DNA of 64,000 nt from Desulfobulbaceae bacterium (GTDB lineage: Bacteria > Desulfobacterota > Desulfobulbia > Desulfobulbales > Desulfobulbaceae): contig WFRY01000466.1 of assembly GCA_015486315.1 (NCBI GenBank), forward strand, positions 7,864-71,863. The letters are read 5' to 3'. A model generated the notes under the pieces. The model was given only the letters and a program-made list of their open reading frames with translations. It was not told the DNA's origin and did not search any database. The first letter of the stretch is position 1, and each line of letters begins with the position of its first letter. Positions 28,970 to 38,972 of the stretch are shown one piece after another. The translations under genes were made by a program, and so were the position numbers.

Positions 28970-29729
28970 GGGAATTCCTGGAAGATTGAAGGAGATATTC
29001 AGTTCGTACATTTCCAAGGGCGGCAAAGATATGCTCGCGACTGCCGGAAATATTATCGTAAATGTGGTTCAGTAATTCCCTGATCTCCAGACGTCTGGTC
29101 TGCCCGGAGAGTGGACATCCGGGACGTATTGTCGCCAACTGCAAGCGCCTGCCGATGGCTGAAATTTCATCTTTCCGGAGATAGGCCAGGGGACGGATCA
29201 GGGCAAGACGACCGTCAAACAGGTCCTGCCTGGGCAGCATGGTACTGATATTGCCGCTGCAGGTGAGGTTGAGGAAAAAAGTTTCTACGATATCATCACG
29301 GTGGTGCCCCAGGGCGACCGTACCATACTGATGCATACGGGCATACCCAAAGAGCTGATTTCTCCGACTGCGTGCGCAGCGGTAACAGACATCTCCGCTT
29401 TCCTCTGCAGCAGTACCGGTAGACTCCGGAGCCGGGAGATCGGCCGGGAGAACAACACAGGAAAGACCTATACTTTCAAGCTCTCCGGTAACTGTTCGGG
29501 CAACAGTTCCGGGTCCGTCACCCGCAGGTTCCATATCAACATGAACAGGTTGCAGAAAATAGTTCACCGGTGCCTTTTTCAACCAGTGACGCAGCACCCA
29601 GGCCAGAACCAGAGAATCCATACCACCGGAGACAGCAACCAGAACCCTGTCGCCATCCGCGAGCATTGCATAATCCGCCATGGCCCGACCTATGCGCCGG
29701 TTTTCTCCGGCCGATAAAACAGAACTCAC
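28953..29729 (-). CDS. ttcA: tRNA 2-thiocytidine biosynthesis protein TtcA-like PP-loop ATPase
   Basis: PP-loop VAVSGGMDS, CYRCARSRRNQL and GHHRDD. Confidence 0.8.
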   Translation of the reverse strand: MSSVLSAGENRRIGRAMADYAMLADGDRVLVAVSGGMDSLVLAWVLRHWLKKAPVNYFLQPVHVDMEPAGDGPGTVARTVTGELESIGLSCVVLPADLPAPESTGTAAEESGDVCYRCARSRRNQLFGYARMHQYGTVALGHHRDDIVETFFLNLTCSGNISTMLPRQDLFDGRLALIRPLAYLRKDEISAIGRRLQLATIRPGCPLSGQTRRLEIRELLNHIYDNISGSREHIFAALGNVRTEYLLQSSRNSHADES

Positions 29730-29781
29730 GTAACCAGCAGCATGGTACCCGGCTTTTTACCTGCAGTCACAGTTGACAGGA

Positions 29782-30426
29782 TTATTCATCGACAGCAAAA
29801 TATGAGCATTCGGCAAATCTTTCCTGCAGCCCTTCTTTCAGTAACTGTTCTGCCGTTACCCAGCTGAAGCCCCGCTCGGATGCAGTTTTAAAGTTATACA
29901 GATTCTCCATTATTGACTTCTGTACCTCATCAAAGGTACCACTGCACAACACAGTGCCGTCAGGTATGGTTATCAACCTGTAATCAAAGGCCACGGATGC
30001 CGGTTCCCGTGCAGTCAACTCTCCGCCCACCCGGTCCCGGTAACGCCTGAGGGTTGTTTCCAGGACGGTATTACAGCTGAGCCGGTCGGCAATTACCCGG
30101 GCCCGGGCCAGCGGCTGTGCAGGCAGATTCTCAGCCATACCTGAAATCTGGCTGTCACTGACCAGCCTGACATCCGTCCTGCTGATAAACTGCTGTTTCA
30201 GCAATCGATCCAGCACAGGGATACCGTCCTCGAGCTGTTTTTCCTCTGCCGCGGGTACGTTATCATCAAAATCATACGGAGTTACAGCAGGCAATACTCC
30301 AATACAGGTAACAGCATAGTCAGATACCTCGGGTACGGACGACGAGGTGGTTTTCTTACTGCAACCAATGGACAACAGTGCCAGACAGAGTAATCCTGAT
30401 GTAAAAATACGCAAAATTGAAACCAC
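29782..30426 (-). CDS. Lipoprotein of unknown function
   Basis: GTG start 6 nt after AGGAGG; signal and lipobox LALLSIGCS. Confidence 0.65.
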   Translation of the reverse strand: MVSILRIFTSGLLCLALLSIGCSKKTTSSSVPEVSDYAVTCIGVLPAVTPYDFDDNVPAAEEKQLEDGIPVLDRLLKQQFISRTDVRLVSDSQISGMAENLPAQPLARARVIADRLSCNTVLETTLRRYRDRVGGELTAREPASVAFDYRLITIPDGTVLCSGTFDEVQKSIMENLYNFKTASERGFSWVTAEQLLKEGLQERFAECSYFAVDE

Positions 30427-30451
30427 GCTGATCCTCCTGAAAGATCAAAAT

Positions 30452-31054
30452 TTATAACACACCCTTTGATGACAGGGTACCGGTAAGACCGCTGCGCAGG
30501 GAAGAGGCGTCCCCCATTGCACGACCCAGGGCCTTAAAAACCGCTTCTATAATATGATGTGCGTTTTGGCCGTGCAGCAGATCGACATGCAGGGTTAATC
30601 CGGCATGGAGCGACAAAGCCCGCAAAAATTCAGCGGCCAGGGCCGTATCAAAAGTACCTACCTTCTGATCCGTAATAACAACATCATAATGAAGAAACGG
30701 ACGGTTGGAAAAATCCACACAGACCCTGGCAAGCGTCTCGTCCATGGGGACGTAAGCATGCCCGTAACGATTTATGCCGGATTTATCCCCCAGGGCTCCG
30801 GCAAAGGCACGGCCAAGGCAGATACCGATATCTTCAACCGTGTGGTGATCATCTATGTAGGTATCGCCGTTGGCCTGAATGTTTAAATCAAAAAAACCAT
30901 GCACGGTAAAAAGGGTCAGCATATGATCCATAAAACCGACGCCGGTTATGATATCAGCCTGTCCGGAACCATCAATCTCCAGCACAACACGTATCTCAGT
31001 CTCCCGTGTCTTCCGTTCAACCTCGCCCCGGCGGGTGGAAGCAGTATTGGTCAT
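30452..31054 (-). CDS. hisB: Imidazoleglycerol-phosphate dehydratase
   Basis: RKTRETEI..., HHTVEDIGI and HHIIEAVFKALGRA. Confidence 0.95.
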   Translation of the reverse strand: MTNTASTRRGEVERKTRETEIRVVLEIDGSGQADIITGVGFMDHMLTLFTVHGFFDLNIQANGDTYIDDHHTVEDIGICLGRAFAGALGDKSGINRYGHAYVPMDETLARVCVDFSNRPFLHYDVVITDQKVGTFDTALAAEFLRALSLHAGLTLHVDLLHGQNAHHIIEAVFKALGRAMGDASSLRSGLTGTLSSKGVL

Positions 31055-31094
31055 ATCTTTCCGACTCCTGATCGGTTTATTGTATCATTTATGC

Positions 31095-31134
31095 GAAAAT
31101 AACCACAGAAGCATTGTCGAATCAGGTTATTTTC
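31095..31134 (-). promoter_or_regulatory. Conserved leader hairpin (10-bp stem, 20-nt loop) upstream of hisB
   Basis: GAAAATAACC-N20-GGTTATTTTC with the flank ATTGCTGGTTG. A second copy lies at 41534-41573 and carries a compensatory A:T to G:C change. Confidence 0.4.
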
Positions 31135-31284
31135 ATTGCTGGTTGCTCTGTTTGCCCGGCATCGTTGCTATTACACAGCAATTAGTTTATATTATTCGTA
31201 TTGGTTGAGATTGGCAACATTTCTTGTCGACATAACCGTTATTTTCAATTGTTTAGCCGATAACAGTCAGCGTATAATTTTTTA

Positions 31285-31314
31285 TTGACACAGCCGCATA
31301 AATCTTGTTATAGT
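31285..31314 (+). promoter_or_regulatory. Sigma-70-type promoter for tRNA-Gly / rplM-rpsI
   Basis: TTGACA-N18-TATAGT, ending 28 nt before the tRNA 5' end. Confidence 0.5.
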
Positions 31315-31341
31315 CTCCGGCTGTTTATGGAAAACGACTGA

Positions 31342-31416
31342 GCGGGAATAACTCAGTGGTAGAGTGTAACCTTGCCAAGGTTGAAGTCGCGAGTTCGAAT
31401 CTCGTTTCCCGCTCCA
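31342..31416 (+). tRNA. tRNA-Gly (anticodon GCC)
   Basis: GCGGGAA acceptor / TTCCCGC-T-CCA, anticodon loop TTGCCAA, T-arm GCGAG-TTCGAAT-CTCGT. Confidence 0.9.
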
Positions 31417-31426
31417 TTACATATTC

Positions 31427-31457
31427 AAGGTTCGGACACCGTTCGAACCTTTTTTTA
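31427..31457 (+). terminator. Hairpin plus T-run after tRNA-Gly
   Basis: AAGGTTCG-N9-CGAACCTT followed by TTTTTT. Confidence 0.6.
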
Positions 31458-31493
31458 TTATTTTGTTCTACTGTTTAAACTCGAGGCGCATGC

Positions 31494-31922
31494 ATGAAAA
31501 CTTATTACACCCCGGTGGATGAGATAGACCGTAAATGGTATGTTGTTGATGCCGACGGAAAAGTTCTCGGACGTATTGCCACCGAAATCGCCCGTCGACT
31601 GCGCGGAAAACATAAACCGACCTTCTGCAACTTTCAGGATAATGGTGACTTCATCGTCGTCATTAATGCTGATCGTATCCACCTGACCGGAAATAAATGG
31701 GACGACAAGGTATACTACCGTCACAGCGGTTACATGGGGGGCATTTCAGGCCAGACAGCAAAAGAAGTACTGGAGAAAAACCCTGAAGAGCTGATACGAA
31801 TGGCTGTTAAAGGTATGCTGCCCAAAAATAAACTCGGCAAAGCCCAGCTCAAAAAGCTGAAGGTGTATGCCGGTGCCGAACATCCTCACAAGGCTCAACA
31901 GCCTGAAACCCTGGACATATAA
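31494..31922 (+). CDS. rplM: 50S ribosomal protein L13
   Basis: [27 protein letters not shown]. Confidence 0.97.
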   Translation: MKTYYTPVDEIDRKWYVVDADGKVLGRIATEIARRLRGKHKPTFCNFQDNGDFIVVINADRIHLTGNKWDDKVYYRHSGYMGGISGQTAKEVLEKNPEELIRMAVKGMLPKNKLGKAQLKKLKVYAGAEHPHKAQQPETLDI

Positions 31923-31932
31923 CGGAGCTACC

Positions 31933-32325
31933 ATGGCGCAGGAAAATACATACGCGACGGGAAAACGAAAAAGCGCTATTGCCCGGGTCTGGATCACACC
32001 CGGCAGCGGCAACATCAATGTCAACCAGAAGTCCATGGAAGAATACTTCGGTAATATCTTCTTTGAACCGAAAATCAGCAAGCCGTTTGCGGTAACCGAA
32101 ACAGTAGAAAAATTTGATGTCAAAGCCACGGTTAAAGGTGGTGGAAAATCCGCACAGGTTGATGCACTTGTACACGGTATCTCCAAGGCCCTCCAGGAAC
32201 TGAATCCTGAACTGCGAGACTCCTTGAAAAAAGCCGGACTGCTCACCCGTGATTCCCGTGCCAAGGAACGGAAAAAATACGGCCAGCGTGGTGCACGGGC
32301 CAGGTTCCAGTTCTCAAAACGTTAA
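31933..32325 (+). CDS. rpsI: 30S ribosomal protein S9
   Basis: YATGKRKSAIARVWI...RKKYGQRGARARFQFSKR. The start at the ATG at 31933 follows GGAG. Confidence 0.97.
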   Translation: MAQENTYATGKRKSAIARVWITPGSGNINVNQKSMEEYFGNIFFEPKISKPFAVTETVEKFDVKATVKGGGKSAQVDALVHGISKALQELNPELRDSLKKAGLLTRDSRAKERKKYGQRGARARFQFSKR

Positions 32326-32374
32326 TCACGCGGAATTGCTACAGATCTCTTCAATTTTTTTATATAGAGTACCG

Positions 32375-32408
32375 GGGAATAACGAACCATTCGTTATTCC
32401 CTTTTTTT
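32375..32408 (+). terminator. Rho-independent terminator after rpsI
   Basis: GGGAATAACGAA-CCAT-TCGTTATTCCC followed by TTTTTTT. Confidence 0.85.
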
Positions 32409-32505
32409 ATTCTGATTACGTATGAAACTCAGCCAACTTTCAAGTCAAGGTTACAATATTCTGTTATAAAACGAAAAAAATAATAGATCGAAGTCTGCGC
32501 TTATC

Positions 32506-32651
32506 TCCCGATAAAGAAACTCGGGAATGACCATAGTGGGCAGCACTCTGATTGGTCATAATATAACGGAGATGTAAGCTGCGTCATCCCCGAGTGTTGT
32601 TATCGGGGATCCAGAAATTTGTTAAGGGCTGAGCTTTGTGGGTAATCAGAT
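32506..32651 (-). repeat. MITE-like element, copy B (146 bp, inverted relative to copy A)
   Basis: The reverse complement aligns along its whole length with 27832-28003, minus the internal duplication. It ends 30 nt before the argC start. Confidence 0.75.
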
Positions 32652-32680
32652 TTTTATTGTTAGCGTAAAAGGAATCAGTC

Positions 32681-33718
32681 ATGTTACGTGTTGGAATTAT
32701 TGGAGCTTCCGGTTACACAGGCGTTGAACTCGCCAGAATACTCTCCACCCATCCCGAGGTAGAGCTCACCATTGCGACCTCCAGGCAGTATGCCGGCAAA
32801 CCTCTGTCCGAAGTTTTTCCCAGCCTGCGCAAACGGGTTGATCTCGTCTGTGAAAATCCGGCTGCAGATGAACTTGCCGAACGAGCGGATTTCTTTTTTA
32901 CAGCCGTTCCCCACAAGACTGCGATGGACATTGTCCCTCCCCTGCTGGCAGCAGGGAAAAAGGTCGTTGACCTGAGTGCCGACTTTCGTATCAGAGACGT
33001 TGCCGTCTATGAACAGTGGTATCAGGCCCATTCCAGTGCGAAACTCATTGATGAAGCTGCCTACGGACTGCCGGAACTGTATCGGGACCAAGTCAAAGAT
33101 GCCCGCCTTGTTGCCAACCCGGGCTGCTATCCCACCTCGATTACCCTGGGACTGGCACCTCTTCTCCGGGAAAAACTGATCGACCCATCGACCCTGGTTA
33201 TTGATTCCAAGTCCGGCACCTCGGGTGCAGGTCGCGGAGCCAGTGTCGGTTCCCTGTTCTGTGAGGTGGCTGATGGTTTCCGGGCCTACAAGGTCGGCGG
33301 TACGCACAGACATATTCCGGAAATTGAACAGGAACTGTCGGCATTGTCGAATGCTCCGGTGACGATTTCCTTTACCCCGCACCTGCTGCCCATTTCCCGT
33401 GGTATCTTAAGCAGTATGTATGCAGCCGTATCCGGAGCCGATGAACAGCAGATCCAGCAGCTGTATGAAAAAACCTATGCGGATGAGCCCTTTGTCCGGG
33501 TCTGCCCGCCGGGCAGCTTTCCTGCCACTCAGTATGTCCGGGGAAGTAACTGCTGTGATATCGGCATTAAACTTGACCCCAGGACCGGCCGGATAATTGT
33601 CCTGTCAGCCATTGACAACATCGGCAAGGGAGCTGCAGGCCAGGCCGTGCAGAACATGAACCTGATGAACGGATTTGCTGAAACCTGCGGACTGCTGGGC
33701 ACCCCGTTTTTTCCGTGA
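32681..33718 (+). CDS. argC: N-acetyl-gamma-glutamyl-phosphate reductase
   Basis: IGASGYTG..., the active-site segment ANPGCYPT, and [16 protein letters not shown]. Confidence 0.95.
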   Translation: MLRVGIIGASGYTGVELARILSTHPEVELTIATSRQYAGKPLSEVFPSLRKRVDLVCENPAADELAERADFFFTAVPHKTAMDIVPPLLAAGKKVVDLSADFRIRDVAVYEQWYQAHSSAKLIDEAAYGLPELYRDQVKDARLVANPGCYPTSITLGLAPLLREKLIDPSTLVIDSKSGTSGAGRGASVGSLFCEVADGFRAYKVGGTHRHIPEIEQELSALSNAPVTISFTPHLLPISRGILSSMYAAVSGADEQQIQQLYEKTYADEPFVRVCPPGSFPATQYVRGSNCCDIGIKLDPRTGRIIVLSAIDNIGKGAAGQAVQNMNLMNGFAETCGLLGTPFFP

Positions 33719-34512
33719 AGGGAAAAAACATACGACTGCTCCTTGCCTATGACGGCACCGGCTACTGCGGCTGGCAACGACAGAAAAACGGTCCCACCAT
33801 TCAGGGGGAGATTGAAAACAGGCTTGCCGTAATCACGCATGAGAAAATCGTGGTTAATGGGGCGGGCCGCACGGATGCCGGAGTACATGCCCTGGGAATG
33901 GTGGCCAATTTTTTTTCCGGTTCCGCCATGACGGCCCGGGCCTTTCAAAATGCACTCAACTCCATGCTGCCCGCTGATATTCGGATACTGAAGGCCGAAG
34001 AATCATTTCCAGAGTTTCATGCCCGGTACAGTTCAACCGGCAAGACATACCGCTATGATTTTTTCGCCGGTTCCATCCAGTCACCGGATGAACGCCTGTA
34101 TCGCACCCATATCCATCACCCATTTGAGTTACGCAAGGTCATCCCCTGCCTCGAACTCCTGACCGGCAGTCATGATTTCACAAGTTTTGAGGCTGCCGGA
34201 TCCAGGGATCTGAGTAAAACCGGCGGTAGAGGCGCGGTTCGGACCCTGCTGAACGCCGAAGGCTTTACCGATCCGACTCGGCCACAACACTATTCTTTTT
34301 CTTTTACCGGCGACGGATTTCTTCGTCATATGGTGCGAAATATTGTTGGAACCCTTTTCCTGGTCGGCTCCGGGCGTATTGATGACAACGACTTTGCCGC
34401 CATCCTCGCCGGACGAAACCGTCGACTTGCCGGACCAACCGCTCCCGCCTGCGGTCTGTTTTTAGAGCAGGTTCACTTTGAACCATTGACAGGGAACGCA
34501 CCAACGCACTGA
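33715..34512 (+). CDS. truA: tRNA pseudouridine(38-40) synthase TruA
   Basis: [12 protein letters not shown]..., [11 protein letters not shown] and [14 protein letters not shown] start overlapping the argC stop. Confidence 0.93.
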   Translation: MKGKNIRLLLAYDGTGYCGWQRQKNGPTIQGEIENRLAVITHEKIVVNGAGRTDAGVHALGMVANFFSGSAMTARAFQNALNSMLPADIRILKAEESFPEFHARYSSTGKTYRYDFFAGSIQSPDERLYRTHIHHPFELRKVIPCLELLTGSHDFTSFEAAGSRDLSKTGGRGAVRTLLNAEGFTDPTRPQHYSFSFTGDGFLRHMVRNIVGTLFLVGSGRIDDNDFAAILAGRNRRLAGPTAPACGLFLEQVHFEPLTGNAPTH

Positions 34513-34514
34513 TC

Positions 34515-35108
34515 ATGTTTATAACCAACAAACCGATCTTCCTGGCATCGGCCTCACCGAGACGCCGTAAATTTCTGGCTGATCTGGATCTTGAGTTTAC
34601 TTGTTGCCCCGCAGATATTGACGAAACACCGTATGCCGCTGAAACTCCTGCTGCATTTGCCCTGCGGATGGCGCAGACCAAGGCCGAGGCCGTTGCCGAC
34701 CAATACCGGCAGGCTTATGTGATCGGTGCCGATACCGTTGTCACCTTTGCGGATAAAATACTTGGCAAACCCGCAGACAGTGCCCGGGCCCTGGAAATTC
34801 TCCGCAGCCTGCAGGGAAAAACCCACCGGGTTATCACCGGGTTAGCGCTTATCTGCCGAGATGAGGACTGTAATACAACGCTGACCAGGACCACGAAAGT
34901 CACCTTTCAAAGCTTTTCCGACTCCATCCTGCGTTCCTATATTAATACCGGCGACCCCATGGATAAGGCCGGAGCATACGGCATTCAGGGAAAGGGTGCT
35001 TTTCTCGTTCGAACGATTCAGGGTTCATGTTCAAATGTTATTGGATTGCCCGTGGGGCTGTGTACCTCCCTGCTCCTGCAGTACAACGTTATCAGTTCCT
35101 GTCCATGA
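34515..35108 (+). CDS. maf: Maf-like nucleoside-triphosphate pyrophosphatase
   Basis: LASASPRRRKFL..., GADTVV and DKAGAYGIQG. Confidence 0.92.
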   Translation: MFITNKPIFLASASPRRRKFLADLDLEFTCCPADIDETPYAAETPAAFALRMAQTKAEAVADQYRQAYVIGADTVVTFADKILGKPADSARALEILRSLQGKTHRVITGLALICRDEDCNTTLTRTTKVTFQSFSDSILRSYINTGDPMDKAGAYGIQGKGAFLVRTIQGSCSNVIGLPVGLCTSLLLQYNVISSCP

Positions 35109-35218
35109 ATACAGCGTAAGCACTTGACAGCATACAATCGATCATGATATTAAGAGAGTAAGTTCTTTCCTCTTTTTAGTAAGTTAACAATCTTCAGGTT
35201 ACTCATCATCAATACAAC

Positions 35219-36601
35219 ATGCCCTATATCCTGAAGAAATATTATCCTGTCCGTAATGTCCTTTTCTTCCTGGGAGAAGGCTTTCTCATCTTTCTTTCCA
35301 TCAATTGTGTTTACCTGCTCTTTTCAGGAATCGATATATTTCGCATTGAAATCCTGCAAAACAGTATCCGGGCCTTCATTGTTACCTTTGTTTTCCAACT
35401 CACTCTGTATTTTTTTGATCAGTATGATCTGAGCAGAATTCGCAGTTTCATGGATACGGCGACATCCATGCTGCAGGCATTCGGTGCCGGCTGCATTATT
35501 CTCGCCGGGGTCTATTATTCTTTTCCCCAACTCAGCATCTCGTCAACAATTTTTTTCAGCAGTTATTTTGCCATCTGCCTTGCCCTGACGGCATGGCGAA
35601 CGCTCTATTACCTGATCCTGAAAAAAAGACTCTTTGCCCAGCCGATCCTGATCATCGGCACAGGTGAACTTGCCTCGGAAATTACCCGTGAGATTGAAGA
35701 CAACAGTGATTCAGGGTATCGGGTAGCTGCTTTCATCGGAAACGACAAACCATCATATAACCCCAACAGGGTGCAGGTTGTTCCACTGGATGCGGAACTC
35801 GACGATACCTGCCGGGAAACCCGGGCGGAACATATAGTAGTGGCCCTTGACGACCGCCGGGGTACAATGCCCATTAAAAAGCTGCTGAAGTGTAAAGTAA
35901 AGGGGACACATATCCATGATGGTATCACTTTTTATGAATCCATTACCGGAAAGATCCTGGTAAAAAATGTCAATCCGGCCTGGCTTATCTTCTCAGACGG
36001 GTTCCAGACCAGCAGGCTCTCCTATTTTTTCAAGCGGATTCTTGATATTTTCCTCTCCCTTTTCGGCCTCATTGCATCCCTGCCCCTTACCCTGTTCATT
36101 GCAGTCCTGATCAAACTTGAATCACCGGGACCGGTATTCTACCTGCAGGAACGGGTCGGCGAACATGGCAATTCTTTTCAGGTCATCAAGTTCCGCTCCA
36201 TGCGTGAGGACGCTGAAAAAGAAGGGGCTGTCTGGGCATTGAAAAATGATACCCGGGTTACCAGGGTCGGAGGCTTTATCCGCAAGGTCAGGATCGACGA
36301 AATCCCCCAGATGTGGAATGTATTAAAGGGAGAGATGAGCTTTGTCGGACCAAGGCCGGAGCGACCTGTATTTGTTGATAAACTTACTGAAACCATCCCC
36401 TATTATTCGCTGCGTCACTTTGCCAAGCCCGGAATAAGCGGCTGGGCACAGGTCTGTTATCCATATGGCGCATCTGAAGAAGATGCCCTGCGTAAGCTTG
36501 AATACGATCTCTATTATATCAAAAATCAGTCTATATTTATTGACCTGCTGATAGTCTTCAGGACTATTAAAATTGTTCTCTTCCGGAAAGGATCACGTTA
36601 A
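35219..36601 (+). CDS. Polyprenyl-phosphate sugar phosphotransferase (EpsB/PEP-CTERM-system-type)
   Basis: N-terminal TM block (VRNVLFFLGEGFLIFLSI), and a C-terminal sugar-transferase domain (KRILDIFLSLFGL...GPVFYLQERVG...IKFRSM...DEIPQMWNVLKGEMSFVGPRP). Confidence 0.88.
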   Translation: MPYILKKYYPVRNVLFFLGEGFLIFLSINCVYLLFSGIDIFRIEILQNSIRAFIVTFVFQLTLYFFDQYDLSRIRSFMDTATSMLQAFGAGCIILAGVYYSFPQLSISSTIFFSSYFAICLALTAWRTLYYLILKKRLFAQPILIIGTGELASEITREIEDNSDSGYRVAAFIGNDKPSYNPNRVQVVPLDAELDDTCRETRAEHIVVALDDRRGTMPIKKLLKCKVKGTHIHDGITFYESITGKILVKNVNPAWLIFSDGFQTSRLSYFFKRILDIFLSLFGLIASLPLTLFIAVLIKLESPGPVFYLQERVGEHGNSFQVIKFRSMREDAEKEGAVWALKNDTRVTRVGGFIRKVRIDEIPQMWNVLKGEMSFVGPRPERPVFVDKLTETIPYYSLRHFAKPGISGWAQVCYPYGASEEDALRKLEYDLYYIKNQSIFIDLLIVFRTIKIVLFRKGSR

Positions 36602-36673
36602 CCCACGTAGTCAGCATGAAAACTCCTTCCGTAACCGGACAAAAACATCAGCCAAAAATGGATTGCGACCCTA

Positions 36674-38956
36674 TTGACTTCAACAACTGACAACCAGACC
36701 TCCCGATCCTCCAGACAGATCAGCGATGGTATTAATCAGCTGATCGCCGGAGATAACGGGACCCTGAAACAGATAGAAATTGCCCTTGCTGTCCCGAAGA
36801 CTATCGAGCATCTTCTTCGGGACAAAAACAGCGAAGGGGTGGATATACTCCTTGGCCGGATAGTCGCCATCCTCCAGGGGGTTGATGATGTTCTCCGGCA
36901 AAATGCTGCCATTGCCCTGGCCGGTACACTGGAGGTTCTGGTGCAGGAAGAAGAATGGCAGCGCATGGAAAGGTTACTGCCGGCAATTCAGCAATCGCTT
37001 CATATTGCAGCCGACAACGACGTTGCCATTGAACGATGTATTTCTGCTGTCACAAAACTTGCCGTGCACCTCATCCGCATTGGCCAATACAGTGCTCCCC
37101 GGATTATTCTGGTCATGATCAACGGACCGGCAACGCGGGCCGCAGCAACGGAACAGTTCAACAAACTTGCTGCACAGGCTATAGATGAGCTGGCATTACA
37201 GCCGGTCATGGACAAGCTTCTGAGGGAATACCTGCACGGGAACGAAAAACAGGAAGAAGCCGGCCGCCTTCTAGTTGCCTTTGACCGACATGCTACAGAT
37301 TTCCTTATGGATCGTCTCAGCCTGAGCGACAGCAAAAATGAACGTATCAGGCTGCTCAAGCTGATTGAGGATATTGGTGAACCGGCGATAGGTGCGCTGC
37401 GGATGATGCTGCAGCAAACAACACCATGGTATGTCACCAGAAACATCATCAGACTGCTGGGCGAAACCGGCAGTCTTGACTGCTTTAAGGATATCATTCC
37501 CTATCTTGAGCATGACGATGTTCGGGTAAAACAGGAGGTGTTGACGGCTGCTGCAAAGATCGGCGGAAGCACCAGAAAACAGTTTTTACTGAAGGCGTTG
37601 AAAACAGTGCCTCCAGAGCTTACGGGACATGTGATTTCCCTGCTCGGAGACATCCCGGATGACAGTCTGGTGGTGCCGCTTGCCGAGCTTCTGGACAGGG
37701 GATGCATCCACCAGAGTAAATGCGGAACCCAACTGCAGGTTACGACCTGTGACGCCCTGGGAAAGATAGGCTCCATCAAGGCAGTGCCTATTCTGAAAAA
37801 AATTATTGCCAACAATACCCTGCCCGGTACGGATACGGAAGATGAGGGGACAAACCCCATCCTGCAGGCTGCCCGGGATGCGCTTCAACTCATCCGGGAT
37901 GACAGCAGGCAGAAGATCCATCAGACCAGGGTCAAAAAGGTCATGGGCTTGCAGATGGCTGCCGACCATATTTCTGCCAAAGAGGCGGCAATCATCCGGA
38001 TTGCCATGACGGGAGACAAGAAAAAAGCCCTCCGTAAACTCTTTGACCTTATTCGTGAGTGCGCGGAAAACAAAGACTTCCAAAACGCGGAGCGGCTCAG
38101 GGAACGATTATATGAAATTGCCCCCATGGCACTCAATGCAATTATCCAGTCGGCAGAGGTCATAGAACAGGCCAGAACCGGCGTTGTCGGTCCCGGCTTT
38201 CTCCAGATCTGGTCGGATGTGCGCAATGAGCTCACCCGCAAGGAATTCAGTGCGATTTATCATGAACTCAAGAACCGTTCCCTGCAGGCTGAAGAGGTTC
38301 TTGTCAAACAGGGCACGAATAACAATGAACTTTTTTTTATCAACCATGGCAGTATAAAGGTCTCCTATAAACAGGATGACCGCGAAATTTTTATTAAGAG
38401 TCTTAATGCAGGTGAGATAGTAGGAGAGAATTTTTTTCACGCTTCAGTCTGGACCGTCAACCTGAGAGCCCTGACCCCCAGCCGGGTTTCCATCCTTGAA
38501 CGTTCCAGTTTCAGCCGCTGGCAGGAGGAGTTCCCCGGGCTGGCCGGCAAGCTGGAATCCTTCTGTAAACGTTCGGATAATGTGCACGATCTGCTGAATC
38601 AGAAGGGATTAAGCCGCAGGCTCTTTGAACGCTATCAGCTGTCCCGCAAAGTGGATATCCAGCTGACCGACAGGCGGGGAAAGACCATCGGCCGCGGATT
38701 CAAGGGAGAGTTATCCGATATATCAAAAGGAGGTCTTGCCCTGCTTATCAGTATGGCGGAACAGGAGAATGGTCGACTGCTGCTGGAAAGGGACATCCAG
38801 GTATTAATCCCGGTGGGCGGCAAAACAGGCTACGTGCACGTCCGTGGCCGGGTACAGGGAGTGCACCCCTCTAAACCGCAACATCACGATTTCCTGATCC
38901 ATGTCGTATTTCATGATAAACTGGAACCGGAATCCCTGCAGACTATTCTCGGCTGA
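36674..38956 (+). CDS. HEAT-repeat / cyclic-nucleotide-binding / PilZ multidomain protein
   Basis: N-terminal ~450 aa of helical HEAT-like repeats, a cNMP-binding-like segment (VLVKQGTNNNELFFINHGSIKV...GEIVGE), then PilZ motifs RRLFER...DISKGG. The start is uncertain: TTG at 36674 with no clear RBS, and the first in-frame ATG is about 98 codons in. Confidence 0.7.
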   Translation: MTSTTDNQTSRSSRQISDGINQLIAGDNGTLKQIEIALAVPKTIEHLLRDKNSEGVDILLGRIVAILQGVDDVLRQNAAIALAGTLEVLVQEEEWQRMERLLPAIQQSLHIAADNDVAIERCISAVTKLAVHLIRIGQYSAPRIILVMINGPATRAAATEQFNKLAAQAIDELALQPVMDKLLREYLHGNEKQEEAGRLLVAFDRHATDFLMDRLSLSDSKNERIRLLKLIEDIGEPAIGALRMMLQQTTPWYVTRNIIRLLGETGSLDCFKDIIPYLEHDDVRVKQEVLTAAAKIGGSTRKQFLLKALKTVPPELTGHVISLLGDIPDDSLVVPLAELLDRGCIHQSKCGTQLQVTTCDALGKIGSIKAVPILKKIIANNTLPGTDTEDEGTNPILQAARDALQLIRDDSRQKIHQTRVKKVMGLQMAADHISAKEAAIIRIAMTGDKKKALRKLFDLIRECAENKDFQNAERLRERLYEIAPMALNAIIQSAEVIEQARTGVVGPGFLQIWSDVRNELTRKEFSAIYHELKNRSLQAEEVLVKQGTNNNELFFINHGSIKVSYKQDDREIFIKSLNAGEIVGENFFHASVWTVNLRALTPSRVSILERSSFSRWQEEFPGLAGKLESFCKRSDNVHDLLNQKGLSRRLFERYQLSRKVDIQLTDRRGKTIGRGFKGELSDISKGGLALLISMAEQENGRLLLERDIQVLIPVGGKTGYVHVRGRVQGVHPSKPQHHDFLIHVVFHDKLEPESLQTILG

Positions 38957-38972
38957 TCAGCACCGGCAATTG

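Noticed and set aside
30948-31208. The small ORFs 30948-31208 (+) and 41412-41651 (-) share the peptide GYFHCWL.
   Set aside because: The similarity comes from the shared non-coding DNA hairpin element (31095-31145 and 41523-41573) read in one frame. Neither ORF has an RBS, and outside the repeat they are unrelated.
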